Program-made: the position numbers and the translations under genes
Notes under the pieces: model-generated
Seen by the model: the letters and a program-made list of their open reading frames with translations, nothing else
What the model was told of the DNA's origin: nothing
The model's database searches: none
Shown here: positions 26,651 through 40,107 of the stretch, piece after piece
Layout of the letters: each line of letters starts with the position of its first letter
Position numbering within the stretch: the stretch's first letter is position 1
Assembly (NCBI GenBank): GCA_013239625.1
Contig: MU053881.1
Coordinates: 11,731,957 to 11,795,956 of the forward strand
From: Lama guanicoe
Lineage: Eukaryota
Length of the DNA stretch: 64,000 nt
Reading direction: 5' to 3'

Positions 26651-28734
26651 TTAAAACCACTAGTATGAGAAGGAATCATTGCACTGACTGGATAGCAAAA
26701 AGGTAAACAACGCATTTCTCACTCTTACTTCAATATATTGTGACACTGTTCATTTCGTTGTTGGTAGTCAATACCAGTATATGGTTTGTCCCTAGATGGC
26801 TTTGAAATATAGTACCTAAAAACCTCAGAATGTTGAGAGATAGATGAGATATCTTTCTTTATAAGAACTCATTCTTGCTGACTAGAGCCTGCAAAGCATG
26901 ACTGATGATTTAACATTGGTAACATGCTTTCCTACAGCTCATACAGCAATAATGCCTTGACACCTATTTAAAATTATCAAGTTTCTTTTCCTTCCAACTT
27001 TTAATATTGTAATACATCTTTATTAAATTTTAAAGTTTAATATTTAATACATTTGGATTTTGCTGAATATACTTTTTTTGCTTATTAATTTTACCAGTAG
27101 TATCAGTGTTCAGCAAATTAGAGTTTGCTAAATAGAGTTACACCACATTAATGAGTCCAAATCTCTTGGCCCTGATATTTAATTCATTGCTTTTATTAGT
27201 GTATTTCCAAGCAGATGATTTAATTTATACATATTAAACTCTACCACATAGTGTCTCACTCACAAAAATCTTTCATTAACTGTATTCCCCAGTAATGAAT
27301 ATTTTACCAATTTATCACATGAAACATCCCTGGCCATTATTACTTAGATAATCAATTGAGAAATTGTCTCAAATATACCAAGCAGGGAAAACATACACAC
27401 ACAAAAACCCAAAAGCAAACAAAAAGCAAGCAAGCAAACAAACAAAACCTCACTCTTCTGTTAGAATATTCAATTCTTCTGTTCTTAGGGAATTCATTTA
27501 ATTCACTTAAATCTTGTGTTTTCTAGTAAGTATGTCAGAACTTCGGGAGTTATAATATAGCTTTTCCACTAAACATGGTTTGCTAGAGGTAGCTCTTTTC
27601 ATGAATAAAGAAATATTTGTTTTGCATGGGATGGAAGCCCTAACCATGGTCAGACTTTCACTTTTCATAAAACACTTCTTTGAAGGTACACTTGCTTCTA
27701 TGGCCTAATTACATATATACTGCTGTCTCACTAATTTTACTATCTTCCTGGTAACGAGCTATGGAGATGAAGGAAAGAAGACTAACATTTACTGTGCCGT
27801 TTGTTTCAAATATTTGATGCTACCCAATCCCATGGGACACATTTCCAAAGCAGGGTCTTAGGAGGAAGAAAATGTTATATAGGCTGTACAGTCAGAGCAG
27901 GTCACACAGCATACAACCCAAGTACAGAGACCTGGATACCAAATCTGCAGGGCCAGGAATTCTGATATTGCTAACTACTACCATGATATTTTATTACTGA
28001 ATTGGCCATTGATTAAAACCCATTAGAAGTCTCCTTGATTCATCTTCCAAAGTTATATTTAGCATGTGCCCTGGTGGTGGAGAATATTTAATGAGAACAA
28101 AGTCATGTTCTCAGCAGGAGAAAGCTTAGACCCAGCTTTGACAGGGAGCACTCATGCAGCTTTGAGGAGATTTCATAGATGGTAACACAAGCCTCTATTC
28201 ATTAGTTATTCTGTATATGAGCAACCGTAAAACATAATCTTATAGCAAAGACAACCAAAAGGAAATTGATGTAGTAGAGCTGTTTTGTGTGTTTGAGTGT
28301 CTGTGCTACATTTTCCCTGTAACCCTCAAACTTACTTTCTCTTTTACACTCATGTTTTTCCTTCTCTCACTATTTATATTCATGCTCTAACTTTAAGGTT
28401 CCTATGGGAAATCCAGGACAACATCACGAATCATAAAACTTTGATCAGCGTAATTTGAGTAGTCATTATAAAATAATATGATGACGATGAAATTATGTCC
28501 TAAAACACTATTAGCCAGTTGAGGACTTTCTAACATTTATAGATTGGCAGATCCAGAAAATAAGTAAGTTCAATGGTGACTGGAACTTTAATAATCTTGT
28601 TCAGTGCCTATCACTCTACTAGGCAGCTAGAAAATGGTCAGTAAGTACTGACTAAATAAATAAATGAAAAGATGGCAAAACATAAGATGAGAGACGTTTT
28701 GTTTGGTTATATTCTAAGGCCCTTACTTAAAGAT

Positions 28735-28930
28735 TGATTTTTATTTGAGTTCAGGAAAGCACTTACTGAGCACATACTATATGCTGGACACTATACCAAA
28801 ACCTACAATTATAAATATGAATAACCATGGCTTCTTCATGGAACTTGCACTCTCCTGGGGAAGCACATATCAATGTTTATTTTCAAATTATTTTATCAGA
28901 GCTATGATATAGATATGTATGGTTAAGGAA
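28735..28930 (-). mobile_element. L2 3' end
   Basis: cacttactgagcacatactatatgctggacact. Confidence 0.65.
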
Positions 28931-29044
28931 ACTAAAAACCAGGTCATAAAACCTATTTAAGCCTAATTTCAGAATCTCATTGGGAAATAGCTGACTCTAT
29001 TCAAACAAGAAAAAGAAAACTGTAAGCATCTTGAAGAGAAGACC

Positions 29045-29470
29045 GGAGTATAATCTCAACTGTGTGGCTCAATCAACTAACCTGGTATCTCTGCTTCTCC
29101 ATATCCTCAGTCAGAGAAGGGTGGCACTCACATCTCCCTCCCAGAGTAGTGGAAAGAATGAATGAAATGGCATGCAGGAAGTCCTACCATGTGAAGGATT
29201 AGGCTGTGGTCTGTAGAGAGATAAAATGAAAGGACTGCTATGAGGAAGCTAGAAGGAGGAAGATTTTTGCTTGCCACAGGGAAAAGTAAGAAACTTCTGG
29301 TAACCTAAGCTGCAATGATAAATTGTGCTGCTGCAGAAGAACGAGACCTCCCCATTGAGTATTGGAGCCTTGGCTGGCAGATCACCAAGGTTATTTTAAA
29401 GTGGGCCATATTAACAGAGTAGTAATTGCATTAGATCGTCCGTAAGTTTTCTACCATTTCCTAAGACTGT
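29045..29470 (+). mobile_element. MIR followed by a CR1/L3-like 3' fragment
   Basis: MIR core at about 29060-29170; L3-like ggctggcagatcacc...attagatcgtccgtaagttttctaccatttcctaagactgt. Confidence 0.45.
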
Positions 29471-32199
29471 CTTATTATATCAACCTGTGATGTGCTTAGC
29501 AATCATACACGAAATAATTATGCACAAGAACAATGTCCTATTTATCTAGAATCCCAACAACTGGAAATTTTAGCAGCAATTTTAGTGTAAGGATGTTCAG
29601 GAAGATAAATCTTACATATTCATAATATATTTTGTACACACAAATACTATATATATATATATATATATATAAATACTTTTTATTCCCCCCAAAAATAAAA
29701 CTGATGTGGCATACATTGTATTTTATAATAATGTAACAGAAGAATAATTTCATTTTAATCAGAAAATCCAAATGAACAGAGAAGTCCCTTGTTCTACCAT
29801 TTTAGAATGGCAGGAATTTGGCAATTATAAAGAGATTCCCAATATTCATAAGTTGGAACTTAAAACAATTCAAGATGGTATGTATTCTAAAGTTGATTAT
29901 ATAATAATCTAAATCTGATTTTAGGGAACCTGTTTTCATAAATGTTACTCAGTTGTGATGGTTTATCTTTAAAAACAACATTTTAACTTAGACAAAAAAA
30001 GTTTTCATTTGGGAATATAGTTTACACTTTCCTAAAAAAGGATTACCTCATTAAAGAACAACAAAATTGATTTTTGTATAGTAAAATCATTTGGGGGGGT
30101 AACTCTAAGCTGTAACCTCTATGACAGTAAAATTAAAGGGAAAGGGAGTGGAAGAGTCAAATCACTGAAAGAACTTATAGTACAATAATAATCATTTCAA
30201 AATCAAGTATAACAATGTAAAGGTAGAATTACTAGACTTCCATTTTTATTACCTACGTAGGTGTGCTACAGAGGATAATTATTGGTGATTGCTGTATGTC
30301 TATGTTCTAAACAACTATGTAGACATTTTCTAGAATAAAGGATACATGCCATGTCAAATCACTTTTCTATTTGTTAAGATTAAAAGTTAGGGGCCTTAAT
30401 TTTCCATGACAGCTGTAAAATGACTAATTGCTATAAAAGTAAATAATATACTAGTCTACAGACAAAATTTGATCCACGCACACTTACATGAACAGCTTAA
30501 GAATGGTTGTTTAAAACAATGATAACTCTTTAAATAATCCTATGTCACTGAAACACAGTATTTTATTTTCATGGAGTTGATAAGTAAATAAGACAAACAT
30601 AAGGATACGCTGATGTTAACTGAAGAACAGAATAGGAGGGACAGTGTAGGCTGCAAAAATAATAAACTTTTAGACTTTATTCTTTGGGAAAATTAATTCT
30701 TTAAGAGTATAGGTTTGCTCCACTAATTTTCACTGAGTTTAAGATGGGATTTTTTTCATAAGCCATGAAGAATGAAAATAATAGTGGTCCTCTGGACCTT
30801 GTAAATGAAATTACAGCTAGGTAGTTTCCTATTAAATTAAGACTTTAGTAAGAATAGAATATTAAGGATTATTACTAATAAGAGGAACAAGTCAAGCATA
30901 CTAAAGAACAAACAACAGCTGATCCTACCACTGATGAAATTAAAATTAAATTTCAGAAAAGCTTCAGTTCTTCCTGTGACTAATGAAAGATGGCCAATCA
31001 AATCAGCAACTGTCAAAAACCTAACAACACGGCAAGTTGGGATTTTTTGCTTGAATTAAAACCTTTATTTGACTTCTCCGTTCACATTTAGGAACACAAA
31101 TTTAGCTAATGTTCTTATTACTTTGTAAATGAAGCACTTCATTTTAAGTGGCATGTGCCTGTGCCAAAATACAGCACATATCATGCCACAACTCCCCAAC
31201 CTACTATTCAAGAGACAAACTGCATTCTTTTAACTCAGATATCTCTAAGAAAAATCTTTCGTTTTCTGACAAAGACAAAGGTTAGACAAGATATACAACA
31301 TCAGAGGAGCATTATCTCATCAAGTGGCTGGAATACATTAATACAGGGAGGAAACTTTCAGTTAAAATTTTAAGTATGGATGAAAGAAAATCTTTTTACC
31401 AGCTATTTATATTACTTTCATTACATGGAAAAAAAAAAGAAGAAATCTTGATCACTATTCTGAGGCATACTGAAAGAGATCTAATTTATTTAGGAAAGAA
31501 AACACTGCTAATTTGGGGTTGCAAATATAGAACTTTGAAGCAAGTATAAACTATTATAAAATCCGGTTTGTGATTAATAAGCAATGAATTCTTCCTTGAC
31601 AGATATGCACTGTCGGTTATTTATTGAAGTTTCTTTATGCTCTACATGGCATTCTCTTCATTTTTAGAGTGTAAAACTATTTTCCTTGTTTACATCCATG
31701 TTCATTTACTCTTAACAAGATAAATAACAATGAGACTAGAAACACTTGTGCATGAAACATCTTAGGTTGCAAGTGTTGGTAAATTGCCTCCATCTTTTCT
31801 TTATGTCAGTGTTTACTCTAACAAGAAAAAGTCAGAATAATTAACATGATTTGACCCAGGGTTGTCTTTTGGGAAGCATGAAAGTTCAATAAGAAAAACG
31901 AATATATTGGGGACCAGAAAGTATCACTCAGTGTAGCTGACCTGTTATGTAGAAAAACTCAGGCTTGGGCAAAATACAAAAACACTGTTTTCTTAGCTAT
32001 AGCAGACTCCATTATGATGTGGCTGCTCCATGGAGGAGATCAGGATTTAGATGGGTGCATGTATGTTTTAGAAGTCAAGATTTGAGCTCTAATATTTTTA
32101 AATGATTCTATTTACTTGGAAGCATTGAGCATTGGAATATACAGGCACAACTTTGATCCTTGGATTTCCCAAATCTTAAAAGCAGTGTACATATCTACA

Positions 32200-32490
32200 T
32201 TAATTCACTTATTCATTCAATAAATATTTGTTAAGCACATCTCTGTGCTGGTAATATAAGAAGCATTAATCATAAAATATGACAAGCGCTGTTACAGGAA
32301 AAATATATGAAAATATTTGTACTCTAGGGATGGGAGGGGTAGTTAGGGAAACCCTGCTGAAGGACGTGTCGTTAACTGCACATAGGAGGCAGCCAACCGA
32401 GCGTGTTTTGGCAGACGGTACAAGGACAAAGAAAAGGCATTTTTTTCTGAAAAACTGAAATAAATTCAGTAAGGCTAGAACTCAGCTTGT
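32200..32490 (-). mobile_element. L2 3' region
   Basis: attcattcaataaatatttgttaagcac, the L2 tail on minus. Confidence 0.65.
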
Positions 32491-33398
32491 GCTTCCTTTT
32501 ACCATTTTATTTGAACACAAAGTAAATAAACACATACTCTTGTGCCAACATGTTTATGCAGAACCAAGTTTTTCCTTTCAGTGGATTCTGATCGTTGGAG
32601 CTCTGAAGTTGGCTTTCTTGCATAAATCACACCCCTATAACACTAGGTTCAAGGTTACGTTTCTTCAAGGTTGAAGGAGAATGATACATTTGGAATAATC
32701 TGAGTACAGAATTTTTCTAGGTTAAAAAAATGTCATTACAAAAAATTTTAAATCATCTCAAAATTACAAAATATATCACTCAGATTCAACAATTGAATTT
32801 ACCACTTATTTTTCTATTTTTTTTTCTTTCAAGGTTGAGTTAACATAGGGTAAGCAAATTCTAGTCACTGCCCCTCCTCGATAAAACTTTGGTAGGCATC
32901 TCTAAAACTATGAATATTTTATTAGATATTCACAATGACATTAACAAAATTAACATTAATTCCTTGATGTCATTTAATACTCAATCTATGTTCAATTTTT
33001 CGACTAAGGGGGAAAGATACTTCTATTATTTAAAACAGACAAACAACAAAAAACTTTCCAGATTAATTAAGCAAGATCTCCAGAGCACAAGCTTGCAAAT
33101 AAAAAGTCAATGTGTCTGTTTCTATAAAAAGTTAAAGACTTCTCTTCAGTGAAGGACACCATGATATTACCTAACACTTGGGACATTTGAAACCACTGAG
33201 ATCCAAAGCAAATAAACAAAACAGCCCAAATTCCCTCCACTAGAAAACTTAATATCACAACAATAATTTTTCTACAAGGAGAAATTTCTAGAATTCATTT
33301 GTTTCATGCAGCCAACACAAGGAATAATTGAGAATTCTAACATAATATTAAAGAATATGGTTACTTAATACTGTATACATCATGTTTTAATTGTTGAT

Positions 33399-33464
33399 TT
33401 TGACCTTTCATTAATATTAAGATGGGAAGATATTAAGAATTTGACCTTTCAATAATATTAAGAT
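33399..33464. repeat. Short tandem duplication (period 41)
   Basis: tttgacctttca(t/a)taatattaagat at 33399 and 33440. Confidence 0.85.
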
Positions 33465-33614
33465 CAGAAAGAGAGCAAAGTTAACATCCTAAATAAGGCA
33501 TTAAAAAGAGCGAGACCAATCTAGAAAAACATTCTCAGTGGAAATCCAACCTGAATTGGACTTGAGCTGCTTTACGGTTTATCTCTTATAGTTAAATAAT
33601 GAACAATGGTGGCA

Positions 33615-33845
33615 ACAAGAACATCGAGCTGATTAAGCAGCTACCATGTGCCAAATACTAGCTGAGTGCCTCACATGGATTCTCCCATTTAAACTGCACC
33701 ATTATGCTGGGGAAGTGCTGTTGTCCTTTACTATTAGAGGGGAAAACTCTAGTTTACAGAAGTTATCTTAATTGATTGAGTTCTCACTAGTATAAGAGGT
33801 AGGTCAGAATTAGAATACTGATATTTGCCAACAATCCATGCTCTT
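33615..33845 (-). mobile_element. MIR SINE
   Basis: gcagctaccatgtgccaaatact...ggattctcccatttaa...ccatgctctt. Confidence 0.7.
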
Positions 33846-33889
33846 TTGTTTTCCCTTTTAATGATTCTTGTTATTTTAATCATTTATTT

Positions 33890-34410
33890 GTTTGTTTACT
33901 TATCAATACCTAATAAAACTATGTGGTTTAAACTTCAAAAAGCATAAAGAGCTATTTTCTGAAAAGACTTCCTTTGACTCCTAGTTTTTGTCCAACTTAT
34001 TCCCATACTACTATTTTCCCTTTTTGTTTATACTTCTAGAGACTTATGAACACCCAAGATGCCTCTATGCAATGTGTTTATTTGTGTGTTTATTTATTAT
34101 ATTCTTTTTCCTCTCCTTTCTTATGCCAGGGTTGACATATACTTCATCCTTTTATGCCTCTTCCTAAAATATGTATCTCATATATACTTGCATATCAGTA
34201 CATTTTCCCTAATTAATTGTAATAGCTACATCGTATCTCATGAAATATATATCACAATTCACATTGTTATGGCTACATAGTATCCAATGAAATAGATGTA
34301 CCATAATCCAAATAAACAGATATATCAAATAGATATACCATAATTCATGATGGAAATTTAGAGTGTTTCCAGTGATTCTCTTCTAAAAGCAATGCTGCAT
34401 ATCATCTTGA
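33890..34410 (-). mobile_element. Old L1 (L1ME-like) 3' region
   Basis: ggctacatagtatccaat...gatggaaatttagagtgtttccagt...aatgctgca. Confidence 0.65.
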
Positions 34411-34532
34411 ATTGAGACGGAGTCTCCATCAAGTTGGATTCATGAGTGACTATAATAGAAAGATAAATCTCTGCCATATGCCTCAGTTCTCTGTCATTTG
34501 GAGTCATCTGTTTCAATAGCATCACCTGAAGC

Positions 34533-34970
34533 GTGGTAGTTTAATTGAATTGATGGCTCCAAATAATGCCCTCTCTGCATCCTTGCCCTTTAGTAGAGTT
34601 CTACCACGTAGAATCTGGGACGATTTCATTGTTCTGGTCAATTAGGCAATAAAAAAAATTTGATACCACCAGTGGCTTCACAAAGGACTTGCACATTTAT
34701 ACTTCTTTTGGATACCTGCTATTGCCATGAGATGATGACTGCTACAGAATGGGAAACCATGTAGAGAAGAGCTGAGTGATTCCCAGACAACACCATCCTA
34801 GACCAGCCAACCCTTGGCTGATGAACCAGGTGACCCCAGATGCATGAGCAAACCCACATTTCCCAGCCATGACTGGAGCAGATCAGTGGAAACAACCAAT
34901 TTATACACTTGAAAGGAAAACAAAACAAAACAAAAAAAAATGGCTTGTTATGCAGCAAGAGCTAACTGAC
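34533..34970 (+). mobile_element. MaLR LTR (MLT1H-like) nested in an older MLT1 3' end (about 34415-34990)
   Basis: gtggtag...ccatcctagaccagcc...cagatgcatgagc...ttgttatgcagcaagagctaactgaca. Confidence 0.65.
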
Positions 34971-36389
34971 ATAGCACACCCAGACTAGTATGTTAACTAA
35001 CCCTTATTTCATTCAAATAAGCCATTCTGTTTGCTCCTCAGTCATCCCTGGATTGCTTGAATTCCTTGAGAAAATTGTGTAATAAATGTGTTCTTTCTTT
35101 TGTTAGGAAAGTACCAAACCTCAAAATGTAAATTTGTCTCAGTTTAGCCCTCAGCATGATGAATCTAGTTCAGGTAACTTTTTGTCAAAAAAAAAAAAAT
35201 TCACCTTTATGCCACCAACTCATTTTATTATAAGCAACAATCATCACAACTAAAGAAACACTAGTTATTTCAATAAGTGTGTGAAAAATACCATGATAAA
35301 TTATTTAGGAGTTTTTCCTATTAATAAGAATGAGGAATGCATGTCTGAAAAAGATGAGATATCAAGTGTTAGAACAACTGAGTCTAATCCATCCAGTTGG
35401 TGACGTTTACCCACTAGATGCTTGACAGAAGACTTGGAACTCAGGAGAGAGAGAATTGTTAATTCTCTGCAGTGAAATGATACTGAAGCTCTGAATCTGA
35501 AGGAGACTGATGAAGAAATGAAGGCAAAAGAAAAGGCTTTATGGTAAACAATTTCATTTACCTGAATGCAACTGTGAAAATGTCTTTTATGATAGTTGTT
35601 CTTAACCATTTAAAGCCATGCTGTCTTAGAGTCTGATGCAAACTAAAAGTTTCAAAATGCACATGTGTATATATCCATCAGGTACAATATAATTTATAAC
35701 AGTGCACAGACACTTTGACCCATCCATGGACAGAACCTAGATCAATAATCTGCCCCAGGTTAAGATGATTTGCTTAGGAAGAGTGTTTTCGAACTCACGT
35801 TCTTTTGTGAAATTCAGCTTCTTGAATAGCATATGTCATTATGGAAATGCACATATCTTCTGGAGCTATAAAAATCCACAGTGTGTGCAAAGAGACTTTG
35901 AATGAAAAAAAATGTATAGACTATTAAAATTTCTCCATTAGTTACTTAGAATCTGTTTTAAGATTCTAAATTTTGGGATAGATATGTAGCGCTCATGTAT
36001 CCACACTTTTTCACTCAGTGTCTTAACTATAGCCAAAAGGAAATGATGGATGCCGTTTCATTTTCCCAGAATAGTATTAAATAACAATGACAAATGCCCT
36101 CTACAATGTCCTTAAGACAGAAATATGAAAGTTTGCTTTTACTAATGAAAAACAAGGTGATCACAGTTTCTCTAAGGATTGTCAAAGATTGAGGTCTCAT
36201 GTGAATTTTAGTTTGTTTAATATATTTAAGATTTCACATCCAAAATAAGATTAATGTGTGTGTGTTGATTTAATGTGTAATATGTTTTACATCATCTCTT
36301 CTTTCTTCTTTAACCATTGACTTAACCAGCAAATCCGTCTATTCAACTAAACATTGAAAACTAGTCACATTATGTAAATATAGGCTAAT

Positions 36390-36960
36390 AATAATTCTTG
36401 CCAACATCTATGTTTGTTGCAAGAGTTTCACATATACCCATTTTATTCTCACACCAAATAATAAAGTAAGCACAATTACTGTTCTCATTTAAAGCAGAGA
36501 AAACAAAAACGTGCCCAATGTAACACACAGCAGGAAAGATACAGAGTGCATCAAACCCAGAACTCCAAGCTCATGCTCTAAAAGGGTTTTGAGAGTTAGC
36601 ATTCTTAAGTTACAACTACTAGTTCTGAAATGAATTTCTGGAAGATGATCAGGCATAAGTTAGAGATAAAGGGTGTTTAATCTCTATCATCTGTAATCTC
36701 TAACTCAAACTCCCACATTCTCCATGACTAGGTAAAGCAGGACTTCTGTAGCACCTAGTATTTAGGCTACTGTAGCACTGATTGATCTGCTGACACGATC
36801 GGTTTTGGGGTTTCCAATCATTCACTCAATACTGGGCTGTGGACTGACTATGGACTAACAGTCACCATGCTAAACAACTGTTCACCTTTGTATTATCAGC
36901 ACTCAGCATTTTACTTTGCCCTTAGTAGGTGCTTAAATCCTTGTTGAAACCTAAATCTTG
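36390..36960. mobile_element. MIR (minus, about 36390-36600) and L2 3' end (plus, about 36660-36960)
   Basis: MIR core ctcatttaaagcagagaaaac...caaacccag; L2 tail tagtaggtgcttaaat. Confidence 0.55.
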
Positions 36961-37639
36961 GAATGAAAGTTTACACAACATGATGTTTGGGACACATGGG
37001 ATAGAAATTTACAAGATGATTAGAGGAGCTCAAGAATATGCCACCTGCAGACTTCTTAGAAACAAATTCAGAGATATTAATCTACACGATAGATTGTTTC
37101 CTGAAAAGCAGCTTGAAAAAAATCACAACTTTCGAAGTCCAATCGTATTTTCTATTGATTCACATTATCAGAGCTCTTAGCCTTCATTTTGGATCAATCT
37201 GCCTTTAATTTAACTTCTCTGCTATTTCCCCTTCTAAGTTGCCTGCCTCCATCTCAAGTAGTTAGTGATCTAATCAACCACAACACAAAAAGAATCCCAC
37301 TACTTACATATAAACAAATACATATAATATATACAACTATATATAATATATGGGATCTAATGGGAAACACAACTTTTTTCCTAACCATATTTCAATTTTA
37401 CACCTCAAATTTTTAGAAGGAGAGATGTACTTTTTTTTTTCCCCATAGCAGTATTTTGGGAAAACAGTTTATTATGGAATAACTGCAGTATTGGGTTATT
37501 TTGCAGTAGGGAAATTATGAATAAACATTGCTCCTTAACAATGAATTTTGTCTCAATTCAAATTAATTTTCACATCCTTTTCACCAGCTTTCCTTCTTTT
37601 CCATGGAAAGCATAACTCATTCATAGGTAATTAAACTGT

Positions 37640-37880
37640 AGTCCAGCAAAATAATTAAAGCCATGGCTTTAGAGTCAGGCTGACCCAGGTTCAAATTCAA
37701 TTTCAGCACTCACTGTATTTTTGGGCAAATTATTAAACATTTTGGTCTCTAATTTTCAAAACTAAAAACTGTGCAATAATAACTCACAGGCTTTTTAAGA
37801 GGATAAACTATAATAATATGGTAAACCACTTTGTATTTTTTTAACATTGTTCTATGTACATGGTAGCTGTGTTTATTAAT
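37640..37880 (+). mobile_element. MIR SINE
   Basis: ggctttagagtcaggctgacccaggttcaaatt...ttgggcaaattatt. Confidence 0.75.
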
Positions 37881-38852
37881 ATTGTTTTTGTCATTACTTG
37901 TTTCATTAGTAAGTAAATACCGGTGCATTTACTGGGATTTCTGATTCAGGCTTTACTGTCTAAACAAGTTTGCTGGCTTTTAGCAAGAAAGTAAAAATCT
38001 GCCTTAAGTCTTTTTATTGACAAGATTTAAAATCCGATGTTTTATAAATAATGGAACTTGGCTCAATAATACCAAAATGAAATCTAAAACGGAATGTTGG
38101 TTTTATTCACAACAACCAATGAGACTGTTGATTCATTCCATCAATTCAAGCTCTACATTGATATGATGATCATCAGAATTTACGATGTTTGTGAGAATGA
38201 GGCTCAGACAGTTGGAAGGTAAGTGTGGAAAATGATTTAAAATATGAAATTTCTATAAATCGTGAGAGGCGACTAGTGCTAAAACAGTATATGTGTCAGA
38301 GTATAATTGCATCAACAAGCTTGTGAGTTGCCTGGAAAGGTGACAAATATTTCTGATTTCCAAAGCAGACTTAAAGACACTGAAAATGTATCCCTCTTCT
38401 ATTTACCACCTATACTGCATAATATATTACAAATATATATGTATATATGTATACTCCCTTATAAAAATATAAGTTCTAGCTAAATACTACTACTCTATCA
38501 AACTTTTATTTCTGTTAATTAGTTCACTTACATGTAATTAATAGTCACTTAAACTGTCCCATAGTTTGCTCTTTTTAGGTAAATTCATACGTAGTTGAAT
38601 CTTCCAGGAATAGCTCCCTTATTCTGAGCTATTATAAATTTGGTGGTTTTACAGGAGGATAGTTTCCAAAGGCCAGGATGGCAGGTGTCCAATGTAATAA
38701 TCCCTATATTCTGAGGTTGGGTGAATGCAGAGCTGGAAAAGAAATACTCAAGTCTGCTAATAGAAATTTACTGTACCAGTTCCTCACCAATCAGATTGGC
38801 AAGCGCACCTCATTAGTTTTCTAATTAAACTGTAAGTGTAATACTTACATAC

Positions 38853-38923
38853 CGATCATGTTTTTGAGCTACTGAAATATTATATTCATTTTCCAAAAGG
38901 CTGATCACATTAAATTATTGAAC
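38853..38923 (-). other. Candidate 71-nt internal exon (75 nt if the tandem donor is used)
   Basis: Minus strand: aattttatttttcctag|GTTCAAT...CATGATCG|gtatgtaagt. Stops in all three frames, consistent with a UTR exon. Confidence 0.35.
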
Positions 38924-39029
38924 CTAGGAAAAATAAAATTCTATAACTACATAATTCAAATTTGCCAGCATGAACCCATTTTTCAAAGAATTAAAAAAAA
39001 TTATCAAATTTGAACATTATTTTTCCTGG

Positions 39030-39033
<4 letters not shown>

Positions 39034-39067
<34 letters not shown>
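39034..39067. repeat. Poly(T)34 homopolymer
   Basis: Seen directly. Confidence 0.95.
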
Positions 39068-39069
<2 letters not shown>

Positions 39070-39604
39070 CTGGAGAAATCAGATTTTAATTATGAGCTGA
39101 GCAAAAAATACAACAAATAGCCAGTAAAATCAAATGACTATCTTTTGCCCAGTGAGATTTCTTATTTCCCTTTTTGATTATCCTAAAGAAAGCAGACATG
39201 AATTTTTAAAAATCCAGAGCAAGACAGAATTAAATACAAATGCTAAGTGAAAAGCGTGATAAAATTTTCAAGTCTATGGTCACAAAAGCTTATATCCACA
39301 GTATCCTTGCTGGGTGATTTCTTAAGTGGAAGACAGCTCTGATTTGACAATGGTTCATAAAAGTATTTTCATCAGTGGAAATACTGCAATGAGACAATGC
39401 TGACTGATACTTAGAAACAAAGTCATCACTCATTTCTTTGCAAGTGTAGGGAATGCTCCAGAGGCTGAAAGAAAAGTAACGTTTTTATTTGAGTATAGTA
39501 CAATAAAAGTAGTTATGTGGACTAGACTTTGTTCCTGCTGCTACTGGATTTTTCTATAGGGAAAAGGTGGGATACTTATCAAATGGACTGCATTTAGTGT
39601 CATG

Positions 39605-40107
39605 TGTATAACTAGAAAACCAACCCCAAAGTGGCCCTATCCTGTTTCCAACAAGATACTGAACTGTTTTTCAAAGACAATAGAACAAAACTACAAGTCA
39701 TACAGCCAAAGCATGTACACAGTAGAAAATTTTTATCTCAAACAATAGCTGGAACCATTCCCTCTTTACCCTCAACGAAACAAAAGGACCAGGACGACCA
39801 GAACCTGAATGCAGAGTGCTTTCAGAAGTGAAGAGTCCGTCGTACAGAAGATCCAGTGCTAAAGCCCCTTTCCCTCCCACGCCTTACCATATATGATCAA
39901 GGTCCAGAGCCCTCTAAGGGAAACCTACCCCAGCACTTTCACATACCAGCCATCCTACCCCTAACTCACAATTCTGACTGAACCCCAGGTGGGAAGGCAG
40001 ATTGGAGCTATCCTGTTTCCTCGCTGATTGACCCCACAATAAAGCTTTTTCTTTTCTCAAAACTGGATTCAACATGTGTTGGACAGCGAGCCCTTTGCTT
40101 GGTAACA
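39605..40107 (+). mobile_element. ERV1-class solo LTR (about 500 bp)
   Basis: AATAAA at 40038 followed by gctttttcttttctcaaaa; terminal ...gagccctttgcttggtaaca. TSD not clean. Confidence 0.7.

Noticed and set aside
30488..30547. Possible 60-nt minus-strand exon
   Set aside because: Weak acceptor and weak exonic donor bases (CAT|GT).
35562..35571. Possible 10-nt minus-strand microexon (ttttcacag|TTGCATTCAG|gtaaat)
   Set aside because: Short pyrimidine tract and mediocre donor; plausible by chance.
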